From: Erysipelotrichaceae bacterium
GTDB lineage: Bacteria > Bacillota_I > Bacilli_A > Erysipelotrichales > Erysipelotrichaceae
Length of the DNA: 32,000 bases
Assembly (NCBI GenBank): GCA_030604855.1
Contig: JAUVVC010000002.1
Span: 180,001-212,000 of the forward strand
Direction of reading: 5' to 3'
Positions 1-9,936 of this stretch are shown in pieces. Position numbers and translations under genes: made by a program. The notes under the pieces were generated by a model that saw nothing but the letters and a program-made list of their open reading frames with translations, made no database searches and was not told the DNA's origin. Within the stretch, counting starts at the first letter, position 1. Each line of letters opens with the position of its first letter.

Positions 1-1064
1 TGAAAGATGTGCCAGCGGATAAATTATCAAAGAAGTTGTTGTTTCCTCTTGGGAAAGATTTGATGGGCAAATCTGTGTTCACCGAGTTGGATAAGATGCC
101 CCATATGCTGATTGCTGGTGCTACTGGCAGTGGAAAGTCGGTCTGTGTCAATTCGATCATCATCAATTACCTGTTACGCACAACACCGGATGAGTTGAAG
201 ATGGTGTTGATCGATCCCAAGAAAGTTGAGTTCACACCCTATCATAAGATTCCTCATCTTATTTCACCGGTCATCAGTGATGCGACAGAGGCCGCAAAGG
301 CTTTGAAAGTCATTGTTTCGATGATGGAGAATCGTTATGAGGTGTTTTCTAACATTGGTGTTCGCAACATCCAGAGTTATAATGAACTGCTCGCCAAGAA
401 GACGGATCCGAGCTTGAATCCAATGCCGTGGATCGTAGTCATCATTGATGAATTGGCTGATTTGATGATCGTGGCCGGTAAAGATGTGGAAGGAAGCATC
501 CAACGCATCACGCAGTTGGCACGTGCAGCTGGGATACACTTGATCGTTGCGACCCAGCGACCAAGTACGGATGTCATCACAGGCATCATCAAAGCGAACA
601 TTCCATCACGGATCGCTTTTGCGGTATCCAGTGGAATCGATTCAAGGGTCATCTTGGATGGAGTAGGAGCTGAGCGTTTGTTGGGTTATGGCGACATGTT
701 GTTTTTCCCCGTTGGAGAACCTGCACCGATCCGTGTTCAAGGGGTATTCATCAACGATGAAGAGATTCGTAGAATCACAGACTTTGTGTCAAAGAGTCAA
801 AAACCACAGTTTGATGATGCGTTCTTGAACCTGAGTGATCCTGAAGGAAATCAGAATGGTCAATTGGCTTTCGATGATCCGATTTTTGAAGAAGTCAAAC
901 AGTATGTCATCGAAACGCAAAGGGCTTCCACTTCGAACATTCAAAGACGTTTTGGCTTAGGTTACAATCGTGCGGCACGCTTGATCGACATGTTGGAACA
1001 ACAAGGAATCGTTGGACCCGCTCAAGGAAGTAAACCGCGTGATGTCTATTCGCATAAGGCATAG
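1..1064 (+). CDS. ftsK: DNA translocase FtsK/SpoIIIE, C-terminal part (5' end lies outside the window)
   Basis: Frame is open from the window edge. Walker A GATGSGKS, Walker B VVIIDELADL, QRPSTDVITG motor motif, C-terminal winged-helix gamma domain RASTSNIQRRFGLGYNRAARLIDMLE. Stop TAG at 1062-1064. Confidence 0.93.
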   Translation, partial: KDVPADKLSKKLLFPLGKDLMGKSVFTELDKMPHMLIAGATGSGKSVCVNSIIINYLLRTTPDELKMVLIDPKKVEFTPYHKIPHLISPVISDATEAAKALKVIVSMMENRYEVFSNIGVRNIQSYNELLAKKTDPSLNPMPWIVVIIDELADLMIVAGKDVEGSIQRITQLARAAGIHLIVATQRPSTDVITGIIKANIPSRIAFAVSSGIDSRVILDGVGAERLLGYGDMLFFPVGEPAPIRVQGVFINDEEIRRITDFVSKSQKPQFDDAFLNLSDPEGNQNGQLAFDDPIFEEVKQYVIETQRASTSNIQRRFGLGYNRAARLIDMLEQQGIVGPAQGSKPRDVYSHKA

Positions 1065-1079
1065 GCACAGCACTTCTAT

Positions 1080-1108
1080 TTGACTTATAGGTTCAATTTG
1101 CATAAACT
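1080..1108 (+). promoter_or_regulatory. Sigma-A-type promoter of the BMP transporter operon
   Basis: TTGACT (1080-1085), 17-nt spacer, TAAACT (1103-1108), about 35 nt upstream of the ATG. Confidence 0.55.
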
Positions 1109-1142
1109 TAAAATGTAGTTTTACTACAACGGAGGAACATAG

Positions 1143-2228
1143 ATGAAGAAGTTATTTATTCTGTTTACACTCGTTCTTCTAACATTGGGTACGTTGACTG
1201 CTTGTAGCAGCGACAAACCAGCAGTGGTAGAAGAAGAAAAGGGTTACGAAATTGGTTTGGTTACCGATATCGGTACGATCGATGACAAGTCCTTTAACCA
1301 AGGTGCTTGGGAAGGTGTTGTGGCTTATGCGGAAGCGAACGGCTTGACATACCAATATTACCAACCTGCTGCTGCATCGACTGCTGACTATATTGAAGCG
1401 ATCACATTGGCGATCGATGGTGGAGCTAAGGTTGTCGTAACACCTGGTTTCATGTTTGCTGGTGCGATTTATGAAGCTCAAACAATGTATCCTGAAGTCA
1501 ATTTCATCTTGTTGGATGCAGATCCACATACTGATGATTATTCCGCTTTCAATATCGAAAAGAATGTTTACTCGATCTACTATGCTGAAGAGCAATCTGG
1601 CTTCTTAGCGGGTTATGCTGCTGTCAAAGATGGCTTGACCAACTTAGGTTTCATGGGTGGTATGGCTGTACCAGCGGTTGTTCGTTTCGGTCATGGCTTT
1701 GTTCAAGGTGCTGAAATGGCAGCTGTTGAATTGGGCGTTGATGTTACGATCAAGTATGAATACTTGAATAGCTTCGCACCAGATAACAACCACCAAGTAA
1801 AAGCTTCTGGTTGGTATTCTGAAGGCGTCGAAGCGATCTTCGTTGCTGCTGGTGGTGCTGGTTTATCCGTCATGGCTGCTGCTGAAGAAGCGGGTAAGAA
1901 AGTCATCGGTGTTGACGTTGATCAATCCAATCTTTCTGAAACCGTCATTACGTCTGCAATGAAGGGTTTGACTTCTTCTGTTGAATTGGCATTGACTGAC
2001 CTCTATGCTGGAAACTTCAAAGGTGGCGTTATCGACACTCTAGATGTTACAGTCGGTGGTGTTGGTTTACCAGCTGATTTCTCACGTTTTGCAACATTCA
2101 CACAAGCTGATTACGATGCGATCTTCGCGAAGTTGGTCAGTGGTGAAGTTGTCGTCGTTAAGGATGCTGCATCTGTTAAGGACTTAGCGGTTACAAAAAC
2201 AACAGTTACTTTAATCGGTGCTGAATAA
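1143..2228 (+). CDS. BMP-family (PnrA/Med/NupN-like) ABC transporter substrate-binding lipoprotein, probably nucleoside-binding
   Basis: GGAGG at 1131-1135. Signal peptide with lipobox LTAC (Cys21). BMP-family pattern (GLVTDIGTIDDKSFNQGAWEG, FILLD, GVDVDQS). First gene of a binding protein, ATPase and two permeases. Confidence 0.88.
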   Translation: MKKLFILFTLVLLTLGTLTACSSDKPAVVEEEKGYEIGLVTDIGTIDDKSFNQGAWEGVVAYAEANGLTYQYYQPAAASTADYIEAITLAIDGGAKVVVTPGFMFAGAIYEAQTMYPEVNFILLDADPHTDDYSAFNIEKNVYSIYYAEEQSGFLAGYAAVKDGLTNLGFMGGMAVPAVVRFGHGFVQGAEMAAVELGVDVTIKYEYLNSFAPDNNHQVKASGWYSEGVEAIFVAAGGAGLSVMAAAEEAGKKVIGVDVDQSNLSETVITSAMKGLTSSVELALTDLYAGNFKGGVIDTLDVTVGGVGLPADFSRFATFTQADYDAIFAKLVSGEVVVVKDAASVKDLAVTKTTVTLIGAE

Positions 2229-2233
2229 GTTGT

Positions 2234-2261
2234 AAAGGTGGAGCAATCCACCTTTTTTTTC
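2234..2261 (+). terminator. Intrinsic terminator or attenuating hairpin between the binding-protein gene and the ATPase gene
   Basis: 9-bp stem AAAGGTGGA/TCCACCTTT with GCAA loop, followed by a run of 8 T. Confidence 0.85.
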
Positions 2262-2310
2262 TGTCACTTAAGAGTTGATTCATGTATAATTTCCCTGAAG
2301 GAGTAATGAA

Positions 2311-3837
2311 ATGGAATATGTAATCGAGATGCAAGGCATCACTAAGATCTTCCCAGGAATCATCGCCAACGATAATGTGGATTTAAAAGTCAAAAAAGGT
2401 GAGATTCATGCACTGTTAGGGGAAAACGGTGCGGGTAAGTCGACTTTGATGAGTGTCTTGTTTGGTTTGTATAAACCTGAAAAGGGTAAAATCATCATCA
2501 ATGGTGAAGAGGCTTCGATCAAGAATCCCAATGATGCCAATCGTTATGGAATTGGCATGGTTCATCAACATTTTAAATTGGTGCACAATTTCACCGTTTT
2601 AGAGAATGTCATCCTTGGTGTTGAAAGTGTGAGGCATGGTCGATTGCTCATGGATGAAGCACGTAAGAAAGTCATTGAATTGTCCCAGAAGTACAGCCTT
2701 TTTATTGAGCCGGATGCCTTGATTTCGGACATCAGCGTGGGCATGCAGCAACGTGTTGAGATATTGAAGATGTTGTATCGTGAGAACGATCTGCTTATTT
2801 TTGATGAACCAACCGCTGTATTGACACCTCAAGAAATCGATGAATTGATGAAGATCATGAAGGATTTGGTTGCGGAAGGAAAGACGATTATTTTTATCAC
2901 GCATAAGTTGAATGAAATCAAAGCGGTGGCGGATCGTGTCACGATACTTCGTAAGGGCAAGTATATCGATACCGTGGATGTGAGTATGAGCAGCAAAGAA
3001 ACTTTATCGGAGTTGATGGTGGGTCGAAAGGTTCTGCTCGAAGTTGAAAAGACAATGGCACAACCTAAAGAGGTTGTGTTGGAAGTGAAACATCTCATCG
3101 TTAAATCAAAAAATCATAACAAGAACAAAGTCAACGATGTCAGTTTTAAACTGCATCGAGGTGAAATCTTGTGTATCGCAGGAATTGAAGGAAATGGTCA
3201 AACCGACTTGGTCTATGCATTGACGGGTCTTGAGAAAGTAAGCAGTGGTCAAATCATCTATAAGGGTGAGGACATCACACATCGATCAATCCGATATCGC
3301 AACCTTAAAGGAATGGCCCATATACCTGAAGATCGGCATAAACATGGTTTGGTCTTGGATTATAATGTGGCAGAGAATCTCATCTTACAGGATTATCACA
3401 CAAACAAATTTCAAACCAAGGGTTTCTTGAAATTTAAGAAAATATATGATAATGCGGATGAGTTGATTGAACGCTATGATATTCGCAGTGGAAGTGGTGC
3501 GCGTTCCATTGCCCGCAGCATGTCGGGTGGGAACCAACAAAAAGCAATCGTAGCACGAGAGCTTGAAACACATCCGGATGTGTTGATTGCGGTTCAGCCA
3601 ACACGTGGTTTGGATGTGGGTGCTATTGAATACATACATAGAATTTTGATTGAACAACGGGATAAGGGCAAAGCCATTCTTTTGGTTTCACTTGAGCTTT
3701 CTGAGGTCATGAGTGTGAGTGATCGCATCTTGGTGATTTATGAAGGTGAGTTGGTCGGACAAGCGGATCCAGCCCTTGTGTCTCAACAAGAACTGGGCTT
3801 GTACATGTCGGGATCGAAACGTGAGGTGCTTGAATGA
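2311..3837 (+). CDS. ABC transporter ATP-binding protein with duplicated ATPase domains (NupO/RbsA-like)
   Basis: Walker A GENGAGKST in the N-terminal half. Signature-like MSGGNQQK in the C-terminal half. 508 aa two-cassette architecture typical of CUT2 sugar/nucleoside importers. 4-nt ATGA overlap with the next gene. Confidence 0.9.
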   Translation: MEYVIEMQGITKIFPGIIANDNVDLKVKKGEIHALLGENGAGKSTLMSVLFGLYKPEKGKIIINGEEASIKNPNDANRYGIGMVHQHFKLVHNFTVLENVILGVESVRHGRLLMDEARKKVIELSQKYSLFIEPDALISDISVGMQQRVEILKMLYRENDLLIFDEPTAVLTPQEIDELMKIMKDLVAEGKTIIFITHKLNEIKAVADRVTILRKGKYIDTVDVSMSSKETLSELMVGRKVLLEVEKTMAQPKEVVLEVKHLIVKSKNHNKNKVNDVSFKLHRGEILCIAGIEGNGQTDLVYALTGLEKVSSGQIIYKGEDITHRSIRYRNLKGMAHIPEDRHKHGLVLDYNVAENLILQDYHTNKFQTKGFLKFKKIYDNADELIERYDIRSGSGARSIARSMSGGNQQKAIVARELETHPDVLIAVQPTRGLDVGAIEYIHRILIEQRDKGKAILLVSLELSEVMSVSDRILVIYEGELVGQADPALVSQQELGLYMSGSKREVLE

Positions 3838-4922
3838 AAAAGTTCATTTTGAATGATAATGTTCAGAAAATTCTTGCCTCATTGACGGCCATTTTGATCG
3901 GCTTTATCTTTGGTTTCTTGATTCTGTTGTTTGCGGCAAGCATTAAGACACAGGCGACGAATCCGATTGAAGGCTTCATCACGATCATCACTGGGGGAAT
4001 GCGTTATAACGGCATTAAGGGATTTGGAATCATCTTACGCTATACGACACCTGTTCTATTGACCGGTTTGTCGGTAGGCTTTGCGTTTAAAACAGGTTTG
4101 TTTAACATTGGTGCGGCCGGACAGTTCGTCATGGGTGGATTCACAGCCGCATACATTGCGATAAAATGGACTTTCATTCCTTTAGAGTTCCTTTGGATTG
4201 TCGCACTTCTTGGTGCGATCGTCGTGGGGGGCATTTGGGGAATGATCAGTGGTGTCCTTAAAGCTTATCGTAATGTGAATGAAGTCATCTCTTCAATCAT
4301 GTTGAATTACATCGGTATGATCACGGTGAGCAATCTCGTCTTTACAATCAAAGACCGCTTCAATCCATCACGTTCACAGGTTCCCTTGAGCCGTATTCCA
4401 ACCTTTGGTTTGGACAAAGTGTTCGGTTTGAACACAGTAGATTTTGGGATCTTCATTGCGATCGCAGTAGCCATTCTTATCTACATCGTCCTTGAAAAGA
4501 CCAGTTTTGGCTATGAACTCAAAGCCTGTGGCTATAATCGTGAGGCTGCGCGTTATGCTGGGATCAATGATAAAAAGGGCATCATCTTATCGATGACCAT
4601 TGCGGGTGCTTTGTCGGGGCTCGGTGGTGCGCTTGTTTACATCTCCAGCATCACAAAAGTATTCGATCAATCCTTGGTTCTTCAAAGAGAAGGATTTGAC
4701 GGCATATCTGTCGCATTATTAGGACTAAGCAATCCGCTTGGAATCATTTTCTCAAGTTTCTTTATCAGCATGTTGAGAAATGCTGGATCCTCTTTATCCA
4801 GAGCGGGATTCAATGATGAAGTCATTCGGATCATGACATCCACGATCATCTATGCCAGTGCGTTCTCACTGCTCTTCAGAGATAAGATCCACAAGCTGTT
4901 TAATAAGAAGGAGGGGAAATAA
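3834..4922 (+). CDS. ABC transporter permease (NupP/YufP-like)
   Basis: Polytopic hydrophobic 362-aa protein. Position and overlaps within the BMP transporter operon. Confidence 0.85.
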   Translation: MKKFILNDNVQKILASLTAILIGFIFGFLILLFAASIKTQATNPIEGFITIITGGMRYNGIKGFGIILRYTTPVLLTGLSVGFAFKTGLFNIGAAGQFVMGGFTAAYIAIKWTFIPLEFLWIVALLGAIVVGGIWGMISGVLKAYRNVNEVISSIMLNYIGMITVSNLVFTIKDRFNPSRSQVPLSRIPTFGLDKVFGLNTVDFGIFIAIAVAILIYIVLEKTSFGYELKACGYNREAARYAGINDKKGIILSMTIAGALSGLGGALVYISSITKVFDQSLVLQREGFDGISVALLGLSNPLGIIFSSFFISMLRNAGSSLSRAGFNDEVIRIMTSTIIYASAFSLLFRDKIHKLFNKKEGK

Positions 4923-5878
4923 TGGATACATTATTGTTTCTACTTAAAAACATGATTCCATACATGATCCCACTTACGGTTGTGGCCTTAGGGGGAATGT
5001 TCTCTGAGCGAAGTGGTATCGTAAACATCGCTTTAGAAGGCATCATGGTTTTTGGAGCTTCGATTGGGATCTTCTTCATGTATTTCTTCCCTAATCTTTT
5101 CCCACCGCAAATGATGTTGATTGCTGCATTGATTATTGCTTTGATCAGTGGAGCTGTCTTCTCTCTGCTTCATGCGTACGCATCGGTCAATTTGAAGGCC
5201 AATCAAGTCATCAGTGGAACGGCATTGAATCTATTTGCGACTTCGTTTCACGTGTTTGTGGCTCGTATTGTGACTCCAAATGGCGTTGAAGGGGTTAAGT
5301 TCAATAACATTTACCGAATTCCAACGGTTCCATTCTTGTCCGATATACCATTCTTAGGACCGATTCTATTTACGAATACCTACATCACGACCTTTATTGG
5401 TTTCGGGATATTGTTCATCTCTTCCTACGTACTTTTTAAAACACGTTTTGGCTTGCGTCTACGTGCTTGTGGCGAACATCCTCAAGCTGCAGACTCGGTT
5501 GGTATCAATGTCAACCGCATGCGATACATCGGTGTCTTGATTTCGGGTGCGTTGGCTGGAATGGGTGGTTTGATTCTTATTGTACCGAGTACGGTTGAAT
5601 ATACCGGTGTCGTATCCGGTTATGGTTTCTTGGCTCTTGCTGTATTGATCTTTGGTCAATGGCGTCCCTCAAAGATCATTCTTGCGGCCGCATTCTTTGG
5701 CTTGATGCAGACGATTTCCAATTCAAGCGGTCTGATTTTCTTCATGAGTCTAGGAATTCCTAAGTATTTCTATCAAATTGTTCCTTATGTTGCGACTTTG
5801 ATCGTCTTGACATTCACATCTAAAAAATCTGCTGCTCCTAAAGCAGCAGGTGAACCCTACGATCCAGGGAAAAGATAA
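4922..5878 (+). CDS. ABC transporter permease (NupQ/YufQ-like)
   Basis: Polytopic hydrophobic 318-aa protein. 1-nt TAATG overlap with the preceding permease gene. Confidence 0.85.
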   Translation: MDTLLFLLKNMIPYMIPLTVVALGGMFSERSGIVNIALEGIMVFGASIGIFFMYFFPNLFPPQMMLIAALIIALISGAVFSLLHAYASVNLKANQVISGTALNLFATSFHVFVARIVTPNGVEGVKFNNIYRIPTVPFLSDIPFLGPILFTNTYITTFIGFGILFISSYVLFKTRFGLRLRACGEHPQAADSVGINVNRMRYIGVLISGALAGMGGLILIVPSTVEYTGVVSGYGFLALAVLIFGQWRPSKIILAAAFFGLMQTISNSSGLIFFMSLGIPKYFYQIVPYVATLIVLTFTSKKSAAPKAAGEPYDPGKR

Positions 5879-5908
5879 AGAAGGCTTAAGCCTTCTTATT
5901 TTTTTTGA
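5878..5908. terminator. Bidirectional intrinsic terminator shared by the convergent permease and pncB genes
   Basis: 8-bp stem AAGAAGGC/GCCTTCTT with TTAA loop. T-run on the + strand (5899-5906). A T-rich stretch follows on the - strand. Confidence 0.75.
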
Positions 5909-7328
5909 TCAGATCATTTTTTAGATTATAGAGCTTTTCAGATAAGTCGACATAATATTTGTGAGGAAAGCGTAAACGTCTTACTTCGTCCCAGATGGTG
6001 TTCATCTGTTCTTGGCAGAACATACGTGTCTCTTCGGTTGTTTTGATCTTGTAAACCAAACTACCATTCACAAAGATGGGCTTTTGAAGTTGTTTATAAT
6101 AGTAATTCGAGATATCCTTCTTTTTCCATGGGGCAATTGGATCAAAAAGCGTGTAGGCATCCAAAGGAATGACTTCATCGGCTAAACAGATCAAATCAGC
6201 GATTGCCTTGTTCGAATCTTTATCATAGAAACGAATCAACTTCTTAAACCCTGGATTCGTTATTTTCTCAATATTTTCACTGAGCTTGATTGTAGGGATG
6301 ATCTGCTCGTCTTTTTCATACGCCACAACTTTGTAAACACCACCCAATACCGGATTCGAGCTGGACGTGATTAGATTCTCACCAACACCAAATACATCGA
6401 TTTGTGCATCCTGAACTAAAAGGTCATCAATGATGTCTTCACTTAAGGAATTGGATGCGATGATCTTGCAATCGTTTAAACCAGCCTCATCCAGTGCGAT
6501 CCGAGCTTTTTTAGATAGGTACGCCAAATCACCACTGTCCAGTCGAATACCTTTCAATCGGTATCCGTTTGGTATGAGATAGTCGTGAGCGACTTTGATC
6601 GCATTGGGAATTCCACTATGCAAGGTATCATAGGTATCCACAAGCAACACAGCGTTGTTGGGTTGAATTTCGACATACTCCATATACGCATCATACTCAT
6701 TTTCATGCAATTGTATGAAACTATGCGCCATCGTTCCAGAAACAGGAATGCCATGGATCTGACCTGCGAGGGTATTGGATGTTCCAATCGCACCTGCGAT
6801 GTAAGCACCTCGAGAGCCTTCTACTGATGCATCAATACCTTGAGCACGACGAACACCAAATTCCAGTACAGAGCGATTCTTCGCAGCCTCCACGATACGC
6901 CGAGCTTTGGTTGTGACCAAGGTGGCATAATTGATACTTAATAACAAAAGCGTTTCAATCAATTGGGTTTGAAGCAAGGGTCCCCGTACCGTTACCAAGG
7001 GTTCATTTGCGAAGACAGGGGTGCCTTCCTCAATCGACCAGATGTCCACGGTCAATTTGAGATTGCTGAGGTAAGTAAGAAATGCTTCATCAAAGAATCC
7101 TGTTGATCTAAGGTAATCACAGTCTTCTTTTGTAATCTTGTAATTGTTTATTTGATCAATCAATTGGTTGAGGCCATTGAAAATCATATAACCCCCTTGA
7201 TTGGGAATTCTACGTACGAACATATCGAAATAAGCGATATCTTCATGTCGATTTTGTTTGAAATAGGTATAAGCCATTGTGAATTCATAAAGATCGGTAA
7301 GTAATGCAGAGTGTTTGAAGGTGTTCAT
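5886..7328 (-). CDS. pncB: Nicotinate phosphoribosyltransferase
   Basis: 480 aa. N-terminus LLTDLYEFTMAYTYF and internal GTMAHSF/LLVDTYD/GIRLDSGD are NAPRTase family patterns. Confidence 0.9.
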   Translation of the reverse strand: MNTFKHSALLTDLYEFTMAYTYFKQNRHEDIAYFDMFVRRIPNQGGYMIFNGLNQLIDQINNYKITKEDCDYLRSTGFFDEAFLTYLSNLKLTVDIWSIEEGTPVFANEPLVTVRGPLLQTQLIETLLLLSINYATLVTTKARRIVEAAKNRSVLEFGVRRAQGIDASVEGSRGAYIAGAIGTSNTLAGQIHGIPVSGTMAHSFIQLHENEYDAYMEYVEIQPNNAVLLVDTYDTLHSGIPNAIKVAHDYLIPNGYRLKGIRLDSGDLAYLSKKARIALDEAGLNDCKIIASNSLSEDIIDDLLVQDAQIDVFGVGENLITSSSNPVLGGVYKVVAYEKDEQIIPTIKLSENIEKITNPGFKKLIRFYDKDSNKAIADLICLADEVIPLDAYTLFDPIAPWKKKDISNYYYKQLQKPIFVNGSLVYKIKTTEETRMFCQEQMNTIWDEVRRLRFPHKYYVDLSEKLYNLKNDLIKKNKKA

Positions 7329-7351
7329 GACAAGTACGTTTTCCTATTCTG

Positions 7352-7374
7352 TGGTATGATGATGCGTGTAAAAT
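7352..7374 (+). promoter_or_regulatory. Candidate -10 elements for the M16 peptidase pair
   Basis: TGGTATGAT (7352-7360) and TGTAAAAT (7367-7374). No convincing -35 for either. Confidence 0.35.
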
Positions 7375-7375
7375 C

Positions 7376-7384
7376 ATTATATCA
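7376..7384 (-). promoter_or_regulatory. Extended -10 promoter for pncB
   Basis: The minus strand reads TGATATAAT (TGnTATAAT), about 45 nt upstream of the pncB ATG. Confidence 0.5.
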
Positions 7385-7407
7385 CGATAGAAGAAGGGAC
7401 GTTTTCA

Positions 7408-8634
7408 ATGTTTAAAATAAAACAAGATCTACCGTTTAATTGGATCAATACCGATAAATTCAAGGACATGATCATATCCATACGATTCGCGGTCGAAAAT
7501 CGCGAACCCAATGTAAGCATGAACAATATCTTATCGTACATGATGAGTGATCGTTCTGAGAAATATCCAAGCAAACAAGCGATGTCCAATCAAATGGATG
7601 CACTTTTTGGCTTGAGCCTAAGCAGTAAGACAACGACATTTGGGGCTGCACATGTATTGGAAATCCGTATCCGCACCTTGAATGAGCGTTACACTGACCA
7701 TGCTCATATTCAAGAGGCGACACGTTTCTTGATGGATTGTGTACGACAACCTTTAATGAATGATGCCAGTTTGATTGAAGCAAAAAAGAATTTGATCGCG
7801 AGTTTGAAACGTATTCAAGATAAACCAAGCCACTTAGGCATCATGAAAGTATGTGAGGGGGTTGGCAAAGATACGCCTCTCGCTGTATTCAGTCAAGGCA
7901 ACATGGATGTGATTGAGTCCGTTCAATTGGAAGATTTAAAAGCATATCATAAGCAGCTTATGGAACAGGTTCAACCGATGATTTTGATCATGGGTGATTT
8001 CAAGGGTTTGAATCAAGATCAACTTCGAAATCAACTGAATTTTGATCAAAATCTAAGCATTCTTCCCTCTGCGTATGTCTTCCAGCCGAAACATACATTT
8101 AAAGCATCCATTCAAAAAGAGACGTCTCAAACCACATTCACTCAACTTTATGCCACTCATACTGCTTATAATGATCCAAAGTACTTGGCCATGCGCTTGT
8201 ATGTGATCATGTTGGGGCAATTACCCAATTCTCTATTATTTCAAGAAATTCGTGAGAAACGAAGCCTGTGTTATTCCATCAGCGCGAGCTCATTTAATTT
8301 CGATGGGGTAATGGCTATTCAAACTGGAATAAATTATAAAGATATAGATCAGGTTGAGATGCTGATCGAACTCCAACGCATCAAACTTGCCAAAGGGAAG
8401 TTCAGTCAAGCATTGTTAAAGACGGCACAGAAGATGTTCATCAATGGTTTGGAATCAATGACGGATGAACCCTATGCCTTCTTGAACTTCATGTATCAAA
8501 GAGGTTACACGCAATACGATTTGGACTTGAAGGCAACCATCAAAGCCATTCGAGATGTGAAGAAGAGTGATATCGAGGCAATTGCACAGCAAATAGAACT
8601 CATTGGGCAGTATACGATCCGAGGTAAGCATTAA
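7408..8634 (+). CDS. M16-family peptidase-like protein, predicted non-catalytic subunit (YmfF-like)
   Basis: M16 fold pattern, but the position that aligns with the zinc motif reads LSYMMS instead of HxxEH. 1-nt TAATG overlap with the next M16 gene. Confidence 0.75.
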   Translation: MFKIKQDLPFNWINTDKFKDMIISIRFAVENREPNVSMNNILSYMMSDRSEKYPSKQAMSNQMDALFGLSLSSKTTTFGAAHVLEIRIRTLNERYTDHAHIQEATRFLMDCVRQPLMNDASLIEAKKNLIASLKRIQDKPSHLGIMKVCEGVGKDTPLAVFSQGNMDVIESVQLEDLKAYHKQLMEQVQPMILIMGDFKGLNQDQLRNQLNFDQNLSILPSAYVFQPKHTFKASIQKETSQTTFTQLYATHTAYNDPKYLAMRLYVIMLGQLPNSLLFQEIREKRSLCYSISASSFNFDGVMAIQTGINYKDIDQVEMLIELQRIKLAKGKFSQALLKTAQKMFINGLESMTDEPYAFLNFMYQRGYTQYDLDLKATIKAIRDVKKSDIEAIAQQIELIGQYTIRGKH

Positions 8635-9917
8635 TGCGAAAAATATTTAAAGACATCAATGAACATTACGATGTGTTTGAGCTTGAAAATGGCATGCGAT
8701 TGTATGTGATTCAAAAGGTGGACTATCAATCATCCGTTTTTTATCTGGGTTTTCCTTTTGGATCCTTTGACTTGGTTCAAGAAGTAGATGGTGAATTGAA
8801 GCGGTTTCCCTCAGGCGTTGCCCATTTTTTAGAACATAAACTTTTTGAGAATCCTGGTGGAATCGATATCATGCAAAGTTTCAGCCACCTATCTTGCAAC
8901 GTGAATGCATTCACCTCCTACAATGAAACAGTGTACTACTTCAACTCCAGTAAAAAGGCACTACAGAAACCCTTGAATCTCTTGCTGGATTTTGTTCAAA
9001 ATCTTTCAATCACAGAAGCTTCTGTAGAAAAGGAAAAGGGCATCATCACGCAAGAATTGAGAATGTATAAACAAATGCCTGAACAACGTCTGATGGCTGA
9101 AACGTATCATTCTTTGTACGCCAATCATCCTGTGCGATTGGACATCGGTGGAACGGAAGAATCGGTCAATGACACAACTATGGAAGATTTGATGGATGCT
9201 TATCGATTTAACTATCATCCGTCTAATTCCATTATGGTTTGTGTGACGCCGTTGAATCCAGACTTGATTCATCGTTTGGTCAAAGCAAATCAGGACCAAA
9301 AGTCATTTGAACCCAGACGTGCGATCAAACGCTTGCTTGATGAGGAACCAAAAGCGGTTGTTCGTCCATTCCATCAATTTGAGATGGATATCCAGGCGTC
9401 AAAGTTGACATACTCATTCAAGTTGGATGATTATTCTGAAGACCATAAATTGAATATAAAAAATGAATGGCAGTATCGACTCTTTTTAGAGTTGGTTTTC
9501 TCTCCTACGAATCCTGCATACGAGCAATGGATGGAAAGCAATCGCATCGCGGAGTATTTTGGCTATGAAGTTGAAGTCAATCGTGAATATGGCTTTGTGA
9601 TGTTCTATGGGGAGAATGAGGATGAACATGATTTTGTGGATTTGATTCGATCGAGTCTTGATGAAGATCTGAATAAGTTTAAGGAAGCGTTTGATCTTTT
9701 GAAGCGTCGCTACTATGCTCAGATGTTGCGAAGTTTTGATGACCAAGATGATTATGCCATCACTCTGTTACGATCGGAATTCAGTGGTGTGGAGATGATG
9801 GATTCCATTGCAATCCTCAAATCGATTCAATTTGAAGAGATCTTGCATCTCGGAAAAGAATTGTTAAATAAACCGACTGCCTTGGTAAAAATGACGGGGT
9901 TACGTAAACTGGATTGA
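8634..9917 (+). CDS. M16-family zinc metallopeptidase, predicted catalytic subunit (YmfH-like)
   Basis: Intact inverted zinc motif GVAHFLEHKLFE (His64-x-x-Glu67-His68), followed by the NAFTSYNETVYY pattern of pitrilysin-family enzymes. Confidence 0.82.
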   Translation: MRKIFKDINEHYDVFELENGMRLYVIQKVDYQSSVFYLGFPFGSFDLVQEVDGELKRFPSGVAHFLEHKLFENPGGIDIMQSFSHLSCNVNAFTSYNETVYYFNSSKKALQKPLNLLLDFVQNLSITEASVEKEKGIITQELRMYKQMPEQRLMAETYHSLYANHPVRLDIGGTEESVNDTTMEDLMDAYRFNYHPSNSIMVCVTPLNPDLIHRLVKANQDQKSFEPRRAIKRLLDEEPKAVVRPFHQFEMDIQASKLTYSFKLDDYSEDHKLNIKNEWQYRLFLELVFSPTNPAYEQWMESNRIAEYFGYEVEVNREYGFVMFYGENEDEHDFVDLIRSSLDEDLNKFKEAFDLLKRRYYAQMLRSFDDQDDYAITLLRSEFSGVEMMDSIAILKSIQFEEILHLGKELLNKPTALVKMTGLRKLD

Positions 9918-9936
9918 TAGTCATGTTTCATTGATC

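Noticed and set aside
3835-3837. An alternative genetic code (Mollicutes-like TGA=Trp), considered because of the AT-rich genome and Mollicutes-like gene repertoire (BMP transporter, single-chain GlyRS).
   Set aside because: TGA terminates several well-defined genes exactly at family-typical C-termini, including the ABC ATPase at 3835-3837, folA at 11798-11800, rsmE at 15214-16 and era at 30756-58. A murE gene also indicates a walled bacterium. The standard code 11 applies.
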